This document shows, piece by piece, positions 9,217 through 20,700 of a DNA stretch of 64,000 nt. Within the stretch, counting starts at the first letter, position 1. Each line of letters starts with the position of its first letter. The DNA comes from a virus, in the IMG/VR virus record IMGVR_UViG_3300037470_000856, positions 77,030-141,029 of that record; one strand, written 5' to 3'. The position numbers were made by a program, and so were the translations under genes. A model generated the notes under the pieces. The model was not told where the DNA came from. It was given only the letters and a program-made list of their open reading frames with translations, and did not search any database.

Positions 9217-12200
9217 CTAGAACCGGGTCTGCTTTCGCAGCGAAAGGATTCGCCCAAGACGCACCAAGGTCTTGGCTTCTCCCGTTTGTGGTTTGCGACC
9301 GAGCACCTCGGCACAGCGCGCGAGGTACTTATCGAGGGACGGATGCCCGTCGGTAGACCCGACCCGGAGAGCGGTCCTGTAGAGATCCCTCGAAACTTGG
9401 AAGTCGTGGGTCTGCTTGAGCCGGGCGATCCCGTCGATCAACTCCACGTCGGACCGGGCGATGCAAAGCAGCGCCTCGGTCCCGGCGGCCAGCTTGGCCA
9501 TGGCCGCCTGGTGGTTGATGTTCTCGTTGGTGGAGGTCTCGAGTTCGGCGGGCGAGGGCTCGTCCTTGTCGCCCTCGTCGCCCTGCATCTTGTCGCGGAG
9601 CTTCTTCTTGATCTTGTCGAGGACGTACTTCTCGACCGCGTCCTCGAGATCCTTCATCGGGTCCGCGTCCTCGCCCCCGCCCGGGTCGCCTGGCATCCCG
9701 GGCATGCCGCCTCCGGCGTCGTCTCCGGCGTCGTCTCCGGGAGGAGCGGTGAGCTGCGCGAGGCGAGCGTGCGCGAGGCGGGCCTGGCGACGCTCCTCGG
9801 CGAGCTCGGCCGCGGTCTTGGATCCCTCGAAGCTGACGGTCATGTCGCGCGCGGCCTTGGCCATCTCGTCCTCGCTGGCCGTCCACTGGCGCGGGGGCTC
9901 CGAGAGGAGGCGCTGCATCTGGCTGCGTGTGTCGAGGTTGATACTGTCGGGCTGCAGGATGTTGCGCATCACGGCGCCCTGGAACGCCGGGACGTCGACC
10001 CAGGATGCCTCGATGAAGGTAACGCCACCCGTGGGGTCGAGCGTCTCGTGGCCGCACAACTCGGCGACCCGAAATTTGTTGCCAAGCTGGTCGTACTCGT
10101 ACTGGCCCTTGCCATACTTGACGTGCTCGCAGTTGTGAACGGCAAGGCCCTCGACCACATATGAATGATCGCCCTCGACCCCGAAGTTGTGGACCGGACC
10201 AGAGTAGGGCTCGCAGGAGACGCCCCGAACGCGGTAAATGAGCCAGTTACCGACGCGCTTGAACCCATCGGTCACGGCCGACATCGTGACACGGGCTGTC
10301 TCCCGGTCAGAGAACCTGACCTCATCACCGAACCCTTGAGGATCGGAGACCACAAGACCGAACGAGGGGAGCCACCCACGGTGGTCGCGTACGGTAACGG
10401 AACCGTCACCGTTCACCACTTGGTCGAGGGTCGCGCTGCGACCTCCAAAGGTGACCTTCTTGTACGAGTACAAGCCGCACCGCGCGGCTAAGATGTGCAT
10501 CTGGTTCAACAGGTTGAGTGATGTAGTGGAGCCAACGATACCGACGTCCGCCTGCGTTGCATCACCGCCGAGCCACCCGAACAGGACGTGCTTCTGCACC
10601 TCAGGACTCCATCGGAGAATTGAGGGATCAAGACGTTTTTCGTGCGAATACTCGCCGCAGTACCGGAAAAAGAACTCGGCGACCTGGGCATCCATGAAAC
10701 GGACATCCACGGACCCGCTGTCCTCTGTGCTGCCGGAATTCCGGTTCCGATGCACCCGGACCGACCTGTCTGCGCTCCCCACCCACTGCCGGTTGCAAAC
10801 CTTGCACTGGTAACAGTCATCGGCCCCTTTCTTGAACCGGACGTTGTACGCGTACTCCGAGGGAGCCCGGCACCCCGGGCACATGACGTCAGAGGAGACC
10901 GACCGGCTCGTGCTACGTCGATGGACCGGAGTCACGCTGTCGCGGGCGACCAAGGTGCGCCAGTTTTCCGACGAAACCCGTCGCTCGTCGCGGCCGAACT
11001 CCTCGTTCAGGAGCTTCTCCACCTCAGCCGCGAGAGTGTCATGCTCGTGGTGGCCGAATGTGAAACTGACCCCGACCCTCTCACTGTCCCGCTTGATGAA
11101 GGATCCCTCGGCCAGGAAATAGCCAATAAGCCGCGCCCTGTTGACGGTAGCGTCGTCTGTGTTCTCCGTCTCCTGCGGGATGGGGAAAGCGAGATAGTCC
11201 CCAGCCCTGAGGTCTCTAGCCGCGACGAATTCCAAGTCCACGTCGAACAGGCGTTTATAATCCCCCATCTCCACGACGTTCACGGCATAGGGATTCGGGT
11301 TTTGCAGCCGCGTGTTGTGGCCTGGGAGGAACCGGCGCCGGAACGCCTTCACCGAACCGCGCTCGTGCTCCACCGTACGCCGAAGCGGAGCTCCACAGCC
11401 GCACGCGCAGATCTGTGCGGGTCGGAGCGTCCAGTACGGATGGTTGGGGGTGGAGCGCAATCCAACTGGGACCCCGTCGACGTCGAGCGAGATGAGATGC
11501 CCCTCGTACGGACGGCGCATTGTCTCTGTGACGGCGCCCGTCAAACCTGTGTGGGTAACGACGGCATCTCCCTCGACAATCTCCTCGATCGGCACGTACC
11601 GTCCGTCCGCCAGGAGCACACGGGTGCCGGGAGGGAAACACATCTCGGTCTCGTCCGCAGCCACGTTCCCGCACTTCGTGCAGATCGTCTCCGTGACGCT
11701 GCAGCCCATGCTCATCGTGCCCATGCGGCCCGACTCGATGTCGCGGATCAGGCTCGCGTGGCGACGGCTCGTGGCGATGAGGATGTCGACGTAGACCGAG
11801 TCGCCGATGTCGCGGGCGGCGGCGTCGATGATGCGGCCCTTGGACTGGTCCTCGATCTGGACGTGCTCCACGAAGTTGTGGGCGCCGACGAAGGTGCGGT
11901 AGCTCTTGAGCAGCACCGGGCGGTCCCACGCGTCGTGGTTGTTGTTGATGTAGATGTCGCACTTCGGGAGGATGTGGTAGTTCGCCCACCGCCGATTCAC
12001 CCGACGTCCCATCTCGCTGACGTTGCCGAGTTTGACGTTCGACACCTCGGAGGTGTCCACCGACGCCACGATGGTCGCGTGCGTCAGGAGATACTTCTCC
12101 GGGGAGAACTGGTCCTGGAGGATCTCCGACGCCTGCGCCACGAGGTTCGGCGAGCTCGAGGCGGTGCGGACGCGGCCCCTGGCACGCTGCACGAAGTTCC

Positions 12201-12264
12201 CCCAGTAGTCGATCGACCACGAGGGCTGTGTCACGTCCGCGCGGGCGTACTTGAGGAAGGCCAT
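9217..12264 (-). CDS. prohead (capsid maturation) protease with intein
   Basis: NNNHDAW...YRTFVGAHNFVEH...GRIIDA...SMGC...FIEASWVDVPA motifs of Bxz1-type maturation proteases; position upstream of scaffold and MCP. Confidence 0.8.
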   Translation of the reverse strand: MAFLKYARADVTQPSWSIDYWGNFVQRARGRVRTASSSPNLVAQASEILQDQFSPEKYLLTHATIVASVDTSEVSNVKLGNVSEMGRRVNRRWANYHILPKCDIYINNNHDAWDRPVLLKSYRTFVGAHNFVEHVQIEDQSKGRIIDAAARDIGDSVYVDILIATSRRHASLIRDIESGRMGTMSMGCSVTETICTKCGNVAADETEMCFPPGTRVLLADGRYVPIEEIVEGDAVVTHTGLTGAVTETMRRPYEGHLISLDVDGVPVGLRSTPNHPYWTLRPAQICACGCGAPLRRTVEHERGSVKAFRRRFLPGHNTRLQNPNPYAVNVVEMGDYKRLFDVDLEFVAARDLRAGDYLAFPIPQETENTDDATVNRARLIGYFLAEGSFIKRDSERVGVSFTFGHHEHDTLAAEVEKLLNEEFGRDERRVSSENWRTLVARDSVTPVHRRSTSRSVSSDVMCPGCRAPSEYAYNVRFKKGADDCYQCKVCNRQWVGSADRSVRVHRNRNSGSTEDSGSVDVRFMDAQVAEFFFRYCGEYSHEKRLDPSILRWSPEVQKHVLFGWLGGDATQADVGIVGSTTSLNLLNQMHILAARCGLYSYKKVTFGGRSATLDQVVNGDGSVTVRDHRGWLPSFGLVVSDPQGFGDEVRFSDRETARVTMSAVTDGFKRVGNWLIYRVRGVSCEPYSGPVHNFGVEGDHSYVVEGLAVHNCEHVKYGKGQYEYDQLGNKFRVAELCGHETLDPTGGVTFIEASWVDVPAFQGAVMRNILQPDSINLDTRSQMQRLLSEPPRQWTASEDEMAKAARDMTVSFEGSKTAAELAEERRQARLAHARLAQLTAPPGDDAGDDAGGGMPGMPGDPGGGEDADPMKDLEDAVEKYVLDKIKKKLRDKMQGDEGDKDEPSPAELETSTNENINHQAAMAKLAAGTEALLCIARSDVELIDGIARLKQTHDFQVSRDLYRTALRVGSTDGHPSLDKYLARCAEVLGRKPQTGEAKTLVRLGRILSLRKQTRF
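10132..11640 (-). mobile_element. intein with LAGLIDADG homing endonuclease in the protease (503 aa)
   Basis: starts CFPPGTRVLLADG, block B TPNHP, LIGYFLAEG, ends VHN followed by Cys. Confidence 0.9.
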
Positions 12265-12265
12265 C

Positions 12266-12916
12266 TCAGCAGGCTCCTTCCGCGGGCGCGCAGTGGTCGT
12301 CGAGGATGTCCGAGGCCCGGATCATGAACAGGCACCGCGGACACGCGTGGAGTTTGACCATCTGGCCGTCCTCCATCTTGTAGGAGGCGCGACGCAGGGT
12401 GCCGCCGCACGCCTTGGCGGGGCAGCCGTAGCTCCCGCTCGCGTGCTCGTTCCGGCTCACGCGGTACTTTCGGTCGCGCGCGTGCCAGTAGAGCGACTTC
12501 TTCACGAAGGCCTGAGCGACGCGCTGCGTCATCACGCTGCGGCTGGCGGCCTGCTTGCCCCCGACGCCGTCGGGGCCGACCTCGTGGACGAGCTCGACCT
12601 GGGGGACCTTGCGCTCGATCGTGTTCGTCGCGGGAGCGCCCACGGCCACGTCGCCGGAGATCCCCGCGCCGCCGGGCACGTCCTCGTGCATCGGGGAGAT
12701 GAAGGGGTTGTCGCCCGGGTTGACAATCTGGAGGGACTCGACGGGGATGCGGTACGATGTGTGCGGGAACTGGACGTCGCACATGCCGATCCCGGGCCAC
12801 GTCGCGACGACGCGCCCGATGTCGGTCGCCCCGCCGTTCACGAGCCGGACGGAGTGCCCGACCTCGAACTCCTGGCCTCGGGCCTGCCAGTTCCCCTCGT
12901 CTGCGCGTCGTTCCAT
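12266..12916 (-). CDS. hypothetical virion-associated protein (SH3-like N-terminus, Zn ribbon C-terminus)
   Basis: FEVGHSVRL..IGRVVATW..CDVQF; CPAKAC...CPRC; carries QRVAQAFVKK. Confidence 0.65.
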   Translation of the reverse strand: MERRADEGNWQARGQEFEVGHSVRLVNGGATDIGRVVATWPGIGMCDVQFPHTSYRIPVESLQIVNPGDNPFISPMHEDVPGGAGISGDVAVGAPATNTIERKVPQVELVHEVGPDGVGGKQAASRSVMTQRVAQAFVKKSLYWHARDRKYRVSRNEHASGSYGCPAKACGGTLRRASYKMEDGQMVKLHACPRCLFMIRASDILDDHCAPAEGAC

Positions 12917-12921
12917 AGTCC

Positions 12922-13869
12922 CTACGCGGTCAGGCTGTAGCCGTGATCCGCGGCCTCCTTCCCCTTGTCGTCGGTGCGGTGGCCCGGGACCCACCCCTCG
13001 TCCTCGTCGCCCTCCTCCTTCGGTCCCTTGGACTCGTTGCCGGGGACCCGCGACTCCGCCGTGAGGACGTAGCCGTGCTCGGGGACCGGGACCGACGCCT
13101 TCTTGTCGTCCTTCTTGTCGTCCTTCTTGTCGTCCTTCTTGTCGTCCTTCTTGTCGTCCTTCTTGTCGTCCTTCTTGTCGTCCTTCTTCGCCTTGGCCTC
13201 GTCCTTCTTCTTCTGCGCGTTCTCGAGGAACTCGGGCGGCAGGCCGGCGGTGAGGCTGTAGCCGTGCGCGCTGGCCTCGACGTCGACCTCCTCGACGTCG
13301 CCGGGCTCCACGACCTCGACCCCGGACTCCTCAACCTCGGGGGCCGTGGCCTGGGCCGGCTCGTGCTCCTTCATGCCCTCGCGGATGGCCTTCTCGGCCG
13401 CGTCGCAGATCTTCTCGACCGCCTTGGCGCTGGCCTTCGCGGAGATGTCTCCCTCCTTGCCGGCCCTCGACTCGCGCATGTCCTTGACGGCCCCCGCGAT
13501 CCTGCGGAGCGCCTCGATCGCCTCGCTGACGAGGGTCTCGACGTGGTGCTCAAGGGCGCGGCCCATGCAAGCCCCGACCTCGTTGAGATAGGAGACCCGG
13601 TGCGGTCGCTTGAGTGACTCCCGGATCTTCTCCGTCTGCGCGTGCAGGAACCCGTCGAACTCGAGAAGATGTTCCTTGGCCCCCCCGACGTACTGGACGT
13701 GCTCTCGCGCGGAGTCACAAGCATCCTTGAGCCTACCTGCCGCGACCGCCTGGTCCTTGCCGGCGTCCTTGGCCATCACCTCGGCGACACGGCAAGACCG
13801 GGTGAGTTCGTTCTCAAGATCACCCAGCTTGTCGATGTACGCTCGGGTCTGGTGTAGGGAGAGTGCCAT
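12922..13869 (-). CDS. hypothetical head protein with (KKDD)7 tract and three HGYxLTA motifs
   Basis: 315-aa ORF with coiled-coil-like N-terminus. Confidence 0.7.
   Translation of the reverse strand: MALSLHQTRAYIDKLGDLENELTRSCRVAEVMAKDAGKDQAVAAGRLKDACDSAREHVQYVGGAKEHLLEFDGFLHAQTEKIRESLKRPHRVSYLNEVGACMGRALEHHVETLVSEAIEALRRIAGAVKDMRESRAGKEGDISAKASAKAVEKICDAAEKAIREGMKEHEPAQATAPEVEESGVEVVEPGDVEEVDVEASAHGYSLTAGLPPEFLENAQKKKDEAKAKKDDKKDDKKDDKKDDKKDDKKDDKKDDKKASVPVPEHGYVLTAESRVPGNESKGPKEEGDEDEGWVPGHRTDDKGKEAADHGYSLTA
13099..13188. repeat. 12-bp tandem repeat CTTCTTGTCGTC x7.5 encoding KKDD
   Basis: perfect tandem array in the sequence. Confidence 0.95.
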
Positions 13870-13890
13870 TCGTGCTTCCCAGGGGGGCTA

Positions 13891-14406
13891 CTAGCCGGCG
13901 GCGACCGGGACCTTGACGTCGTTGGTGCTCAGGAGTTTGGCCATCTTGGCGATGAGCGCCGAGGCGGCCTTGGCGTTCGAGAACATGCCGTCCTGCTGGA
14001 CCTGGCGAAGCTGGTCGAACTCGTCCTGCTTGAAGACGTCCATGTAGGGCTCGTCCTGGTTGCGCAGGAGGGCGCCGGACTGCTCCTCCCCGATCTCCGC
14101 GGGGTTGAACTCGTTCGGCTTCACGTCCTCCATCGTGTAATTCTTCTTCGGGTCCATCTGGGCCCGCTTCGACAGGGCGGAGGCGTACCTGGCCAGCTCG
14201 GGGTCCTTGAGGGTGCCGTCTTCGGTGCGCTCGACGCCGGCACGCTTCTCGACGTGGTCGGAGAGGATGTCGCAGCGGAGGGCGAAGTCCTTGGCGATCT
14301 TCGCGGAGAGCCTCAAGGTCTCGGTCTCGGACATGAAGAGGGTGGCGAGGCGATCGAGGTCGGCGGTGACCTGCAGGGCGCCCTGTTTCGTGAGCTGATT
14401 CGGCAT
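13891..14406 (-). CDS. hypothetical head protein
   Basis: 171 aa, AGGAG RBS, first gene after a putative late promoter. Confidence 0.7.
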   Translation of the reverse strand: MPNQLTKQGALQVTADLDRLATLFMSETETLRLSAKIAKDFALRCDILSDHVEKRAGVERTEDGTLKDPELARYASALSKRAQMDPKKNYTMEDVKPNEFNPAEIGEEQSGALLRNQDEPYMDVFKQDEFDQLRQVQQDGMFSNAKAASALIAKMAKLLSTNDVKVPVAAG

Positions 14407-14514
14407 TGAACTTCTCCTGGCGTGTCAGCGAAGAGGTTTGGTTGCTGACGAAAGCGGGCGCGCATAGGACCCTCAAGATGGAGGGGCAGCCCTTCGTCCT
14501 ATTTGGGCCGCGCT

Positions 14515-14529
14515 ATAAGGCGAAAAACG
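14515..14529 (-). promoter_or_regulatory. putative late promoter motif CGTT-TTTCGCC-TTAT
   Basis: near-identical to the 36668..36682 copy; lies in a ~345-bp intergenic gap. Confidence 0.6.
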
Positions 14530-14752
14530 GCGACTTCTGCACTTTTTCTGGGAGGCAAACCTCCCCCGAACGCGCCCGTCCGACCTCGACCGGAGTTTCT
14601 CGGGAGGATCTGACGACTCTCAGGTGCCCAAGGAGGACAAACCGTTCCAGTCAAGGGATCTCTGCATACTCGGAACCCTTCTAAGGAGCATTCAGGCCCC
14701 TAGAACCCACGTGGCCGGAGACCGCGTGAGGTTCTAGGGATGTTTTCGACCT

Positions 14753-17700
14753 TCAGGCCACGTCGAGCACGACGACGGGGCGAAGCGGGTCGTCCGGGTG
14801 GAACGACCGGACGTGCGCGAGCCAATCGCCAGCCATACGTCCGTGGCGACCGCGCTCAAGCCACACCTGGGCAACGCGCTCAACCGCGAAGCGGGTCGGG
14901 CCGCGCTCCTCGAAGTCGCCGAACTCGGCGGAGAATTCCTCGCCGGGAGCCTCGCCCCCGCGCGCCGGCTTCTTCTCGTCCTCGTCGCCACCCTTGTCGG
15001 CGTAGCGCTCGGCCTCGTCGCGCTTCTTGAAACTCTTGGGGACGCCGTCCTCGTTCTTGGCGCGCCAGTTCCCCTGCTCGGTCCCCCAGACGTCGCCGGG
15101 GCCGTGCTCCTCGTCGTCCTTGACCTCCTCAGAGTCCGCACTCTCGGGAGTTTCACGATCGGAGGTCTCTGCCTTCTCATGCTCCTCCCTGGAGCGTGGC
15201 TCCTTGGCCTTCTCGTCGGGGTGCGGCAGCGTCTCCTGCTCGAGCACCTCACGCTCGCCGGTCTGCACGAAGTGGTTGAGCACCGCGGAGGCAGGCGAAA
15301 TCACCACCTTGTCGAACTTGTCGCGGATCGTGTTGAGGATGGCCTTCGCCTTCTCGCGCAGTCCGGTTCCCTTCTTGGGATCGAACGTGCCCTCGACCAT
15401 CTCGAGGTCCTCAGCCGAGGGCTGCTCGCCGTTCCTCTGCGCCTCCGCGATCCGCTCCTGCGCCTCGAGCACCTTCTCCATGCGGGGCTTCATCCGGGAG
15501 GTCGCCTCGCCGAGCACCTCGGCGCGCGCCTCGGGGTCGTCGGCGTCGGCGATGCCGGCCGCCTGCATGGTGTCGCGCACGGCCCGGTCTCCCCACTGGT
15601 CGTTGAGGATGTCTTGGACCAGGAAGTCCTTCATCATCGCTCGCAGGACGTCGGGCGTGCCGTCGTTCTTCATGAGGTCGACGAGGTCCGCGTAGCCATG
15701 CTCCTCGTCGCCGCCCGTGGTGAGATCGCCGAGCTGCTCAAAATTCATGTCGTCGAGCCCCTCCTGCATCTTGCGGCGCGCCTGCTCGGCGAAGTAGTCC
15801 TCGGTCGTCCTGAACAGCTCGGACCCCTTCCCGTCCACGACCATCTGCTTGACCAGCGCGGCCATGCCCTTGCTCGGCTGCGGACGACCTGGGAGCGACT
15901 CGCCAGTCACGGCGACCTGCGCGATGTTCATGCCGGTCAAAATCGCGTTGAGCTCCTGCGCCCGGTTGGTCTCGGGATCGAGACCCTTGAGGGCCCGCGC
16001 GACCTGATCGGCCGCGCGCCTGCGCAGGGACGACGGGAGGCGCTCGAACTGCTTGAACGCCGCCTGCGCCCGCTCCGAGTACTTCTCGGAGTCCATCTCG
16101 GTGACGCCGACCGGCGTCCCTCCGATGTTCATCGGGTTGCCCACGATGCGCTCGGCGTAGCTGAGTTGTGCGAGGCGCTCCGCGAGCTCTTTCGGGTCGG
16201 TGAGGCCGTGCAGATCTCCGAACTTGGCGGCTCTCGACGCGACGTCGACGGCCTCCTCGGAGCTTGGGTCCATCTGCTTGAGATTCTTGAGCGTGTCCTG
16301 GAAATCGATCGAGAAGCTCTCGACCTGCGCCTCGTCGAGGTCGTTGAGGGCGCCGCCGATCTGCGTGGCGAGGTCGGGGGGAAGCCGCGTTTCCTTGCCG
16401 AGCATCTCCTCCATGTTGGTCTGCGCGCGCTCGACGGCGCGCTCGACCTTCTTGGCCCGCTCCTGGCGCAGCTTCTCCTCGCGCTTCTCCTTGGCGAAGC
16501 CCGGGTCCTTGCGCTCGCGCCTGAGCTCGTCGACGCGCGCCTTGGCGTCCGCGTGCTCCTCCTTCTTGTCGTCGAGCTCGTCCTGCTTGCGCCCCATCTC
16601 GCGCTGCATCTTCTGCATCGAGTCGAGTAGCTGCTGCCTGCCGGGGCCCTCTCCCATGTGAGGCAGGTACTCGTCGCGCTGCTGATTGATCTTGGACTTG
16701 AGGTCCTTGATCTCGTCGGTGAGGTCCCCCATCTGGGCCTCGATGTCGCGCATCTCGTCGCGCGCCTGCTCGAGCTCGACGTGCACGTCCTCGGTGGTGC
16801 GCTCCTTGTCCTCCTCGGTCTTCTTCCCCTTGTCGGTGCCCTCCTCCTCGGGCTGCTGCTGGCCCCGCCACTTCTCGCGGATCTTGGTCTGCTCGTCAGG
16901 GGGCAGCGAGGTGAAGCCGACGTCGTTCCCGGTCTCGGGGTGCTTGAACTTCTGGTTCTTGACCCACTCCTCGAAACTCAGGCCGCTCTTGGGCTGCACC
17001 GGGGCCTCGGCCATGACGTGGCGCAGGGCCACGCGACGCGCGACCTTGTTCCACTTCATGGACAGGTCGGGGTCTCCCTTGTCGCCGCCGCCCATGCCGT
17101 CGAGGTCAGGGTCTTCCTCGTCCAGAGTCCGGTTGTCGCGGAGGTCGTAGCGCGGAGGCTTCTTCTTGGGCTCCGTGCGGAGCATCTTCTCGACGGCCTC
17201 ATCCTCCTTCTCCGCGGGCGACTTCGTGGCCGTCTTCGCCTGCGGAGTCCTGATCATCGCGTCCTGAAAGCGGAAGTCCTTGTTGCGCCCCTTGTTGGGC
17301 CCCTTGTTGGGCACGAAGCCCATGCCGCGGTACCACTTCTCGAGGTGCTTCTTCGACGAGCCGAACTCGGAGGTCGGGGTGAACGTCACGGTCACGCCGT
17401 TGCTGTCAACCCAGTCGAGCGTCTCCTCCATTGCTCTCGAGGCGCTGCCCGACCCGCGCCTGTCCTCGTTCACCCGGATCAGGTCCACGGACATGTGGCG
17501 GTGCTGCGGACGGTAGGCGGCGTGGGAATCTGTGAGGCTGTGCCTCTCGATCATAGACTTGCGCAGAGCGTCCCACTCCTCGCGGCTCGGGGGCTCGCGC
17601 TCGGGCGCGTCCTCGTCGTCGACGCCCATGACCCTGGCCTCCCACTCTTCGCGGGACAGAGCGGGACCTCCCTCTCGGCGCTTGCGCTGCACGTAGGCGT

Positions 17701-20700
17701 CGTAGGTCGGAGCGGCGAGCCTCGCGTTCGGGCGCGGCCGGTACTGCTCCTCGGGCGAATTGTCGACGTGCCGGCACATGTCGCAGCGTGTCCCGCACCG
17801 CCAGTACTCCTCGGAGTCAAAGGGGTAGCCGTCGTCGAGACCGTAGTGGTCGAGCAGCACGTTGAGGCAGCGCTCGCAGCTCTTCGCGGCGACCATGATG
17901 GCGTCGCCGACGTCCCACTGTCCGCTGCGCACCATGGTGTTGACGAGGTCGGTCGGGTACGACGACTCGCCCGCGCCTACGTCGGTGCTCGTGCCATCCT
18001 CGTTCAGACGTAGGATGCTGTGGTGCAAGACGTGGGGGAACTGGCTGTGCATGTACTCGGCGCCCTCGGGGGGCTGCCACGTCTCGTACTCGCCGAGGTC
18101 GCCGCCGCCGAGGCGGTTGCCATGGGCGTCCTCGTACCAGAGGATCGTGAAAATCTGGGGGTCGAACTCAAGCCCCTCGACGTGAGGGCGCGGACGCTCG
18201 TGCTCTCGGGCGATCCGGTAGACGGCCGGCGCGTTGCGGAGCCACCACCGACGGTCTCGGGACACGAGGACCGGGGCAACCCCGGCGTGCGCCAAAATGA
18301 GGCGCTCGGTGTCGGTGCCGAGGAGCGCCGCCGTGCGCATGATTTTGGGGTCCGACGCCTTCCTCGTGTGGCTCTCGTTGACGGTGCCGTCCTTCATGTA
18401 GCCGTCCTCCAAACCCGGCACGAGGTACTGGCTGCGAAGGGTCGAAGGATCGTGCCCCACGGCCTCCGCCGTCGCTTCGAGGGCCTTCTTGAACTCGTCC
18501 TTGAGTTTCTTCTCGCGCTCCTTTCTGTCCTCGGGGAGTTTGCCCTTACGGACCTTGCGGAGTTGCGCCTTCATCTCGCGGTTGGCGTGGAACCCACGGA
18601 GGTCCTTCGCGGTGATGTCAAGCGGCTCGAGGTACTCGTTGACCTCCTGCGCCGAGACGCTCAGGACGCAGTCGTTGGGCTTCTTGCCCTTGCACGCCTC
18701 CTTGAGCGCCGAGACAACTCGCGGGTTACTGATCTTCTTCTTCTGCTCGACGCCCGACTTGCCGACGTAGGAGACCGTGACGGAGCCCCGGCCGAGGGTG
18801 ATGTGCTTGACGCGCCAGGTTGTGACGCCGAAATGGCCCTCCTTGGCGCTGTCGTCGTTCCCGACGCGCTCAAACGTCTCGTCCATGAGGCCCACGGCCA
18901 ACGCGAGATCGCGGGTCTTTTCGTCCTTCGACTTCACGTCCTTGCGGACCTTGGTCTGGAGTTTCTTCATCTGGCGTCGCAGCTTCTCGACGCGCTCCGC
19001 CTTCTTGCGGTTGCGGTCGGCCACCTGACGGTCGCTGTACTCGTAGACCGTCATCTCGTCCCCGTCCTTGGTCTTGACCTTCTTCTTAGACTTGTAGCGG
19101 ACGGCGATGGCGGAGCACGTCGCCATCTTGCCCAGGTCAGGCTCGCGGGCCTCCATCTTGTCGCGGTAGCGGAACACGCGGACGGGGATCTTAGGCTCGC
19201 GATCATCGGGCAGCAGGTTGCGACGCCGCACCACCTCCGCGTGCTCAGGGACGAGGTACAGGAACAGCGCGGGGTGCGTGGTGTCGATGGTGAGCTGGCT
19301 CGTCGTCCGCATCTTGTCGGTGACGCGAACCGGGTTGAAGGGGCTGTCGGCGTCGTGAATCGCCTTGACGAGGGCCACCGCGGCGGCCTCGGGGCGTCGC
19401 ACGTCCTGAAGGCGCTTCTGGGCCTCCCACCGGCGCACGATCGAGCTGACGTAGTCGTCGCCGTGCGTGTAGCCGGCGTCCGGGTAATTCACACCGTGGT
19501 TCGTCCGCGTGTTGACGCGGTCCGAATCGAGCTCAGTGACATGCGCAGGGTGATTCTTGCTGCACTCGATGCTGAACAGCTTGTTGCCGTCCGCCACAAA
19601 CGTGTGTCCCCGGATGCCGCCGTTGTCGGTGCGCAGGGATCCCACGGCGTCGTCGATGTTGTCAAACGCGAGCGCGCGGTAGATCTTGGGGCCGTCCTTG
19701 GAGGTCAAGGGCCTCTTGCCCTTGCCCTTCCCCGGCGACTTTTTCTTGCCCTCGGCCTCGTCGCGTACGACCATGAGGGTGGTGTTGACGGCCGCGATGC
19801 CGTGCTCGTTGACCCCCTCGAGGTAGCCGGTGACCGTGTCGAGGACGACGGCCATCTCGGTGCCGTCCTTCTCGATGTGCACGATCTCGAGCTTCGCGTC
19901 GTAGGCTCGGTCGCGGTTCTTGAGCAGGCACAGGCTGTCGCCGAAACGGCGCCCCGCGATGATGCACGCCTCCCTCAGCATGGCGGTCTTCTTGACGGAC
20001 CTTCCCGAGTCGAGCACGACGATCTCGGACGTGTACGGCTTGCCTCGCACCTCGGTCACCGTGACGACCCCGTCGTAGCCGTCCTTCTGGAGCGCCTTGG
20101 TCAGCGCCTGCCCGCGCTTGCGGTACCGTCGCTCGAGCTGCGCCTTCCACGAGTTGTCGTCGTAAATCAGCCCGTCGGGGTCGGTGTTGACGGCGAGCAC
20201 GAGAGGGTTGTCGAGTTTCACGGTGCCCGTGACGTATCCGGGCAGCGGGTCGTCGTCGTCGTCGTCGGTAGTTTTGTGCGTGACGTAGAACCCCGCGGGC
20301 TCGATCTTCTGCTGGTACGGGTCCGACCCCTTCGGGGCCCGCGGTGCCTTCTCGGTGTTGCGCAGGAACTCAAACTCGACCGGCGTGCCCGTCTCGAACT
20401 TGCGACCGCGCTCCTCGACGGTGCGGAGGGGCATCTCGTCGGACCTCCGCGAACTACTCCAGCGCTCGTAGACCTTCCGCTGTTCGGCGTCCGGCAGCGA
20501 GTCGAAGACGACGTCGTTGCCCGTGTCGGGGTTGCGGAAACGCTGCCCCTTCACCAAGTCGAGAAACTCCCTGGAGTACGCAGCCTGCTTGCGCCGGTCG
20601 GCTCGCCAGATCTTGTAGAGACCGATGACGCGGTTCTTCTTGCGGCCCTTGGGGATCGGCTCGATCTCCACGGACGGCACCCCGCGATCGTCGTCGAACA

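Noticed and set aside
13099-13188. CRISPR-like arrays here and at 60868..60939
   Set aside because: Spacer-less 12-bp tandem repeats inside coding frames
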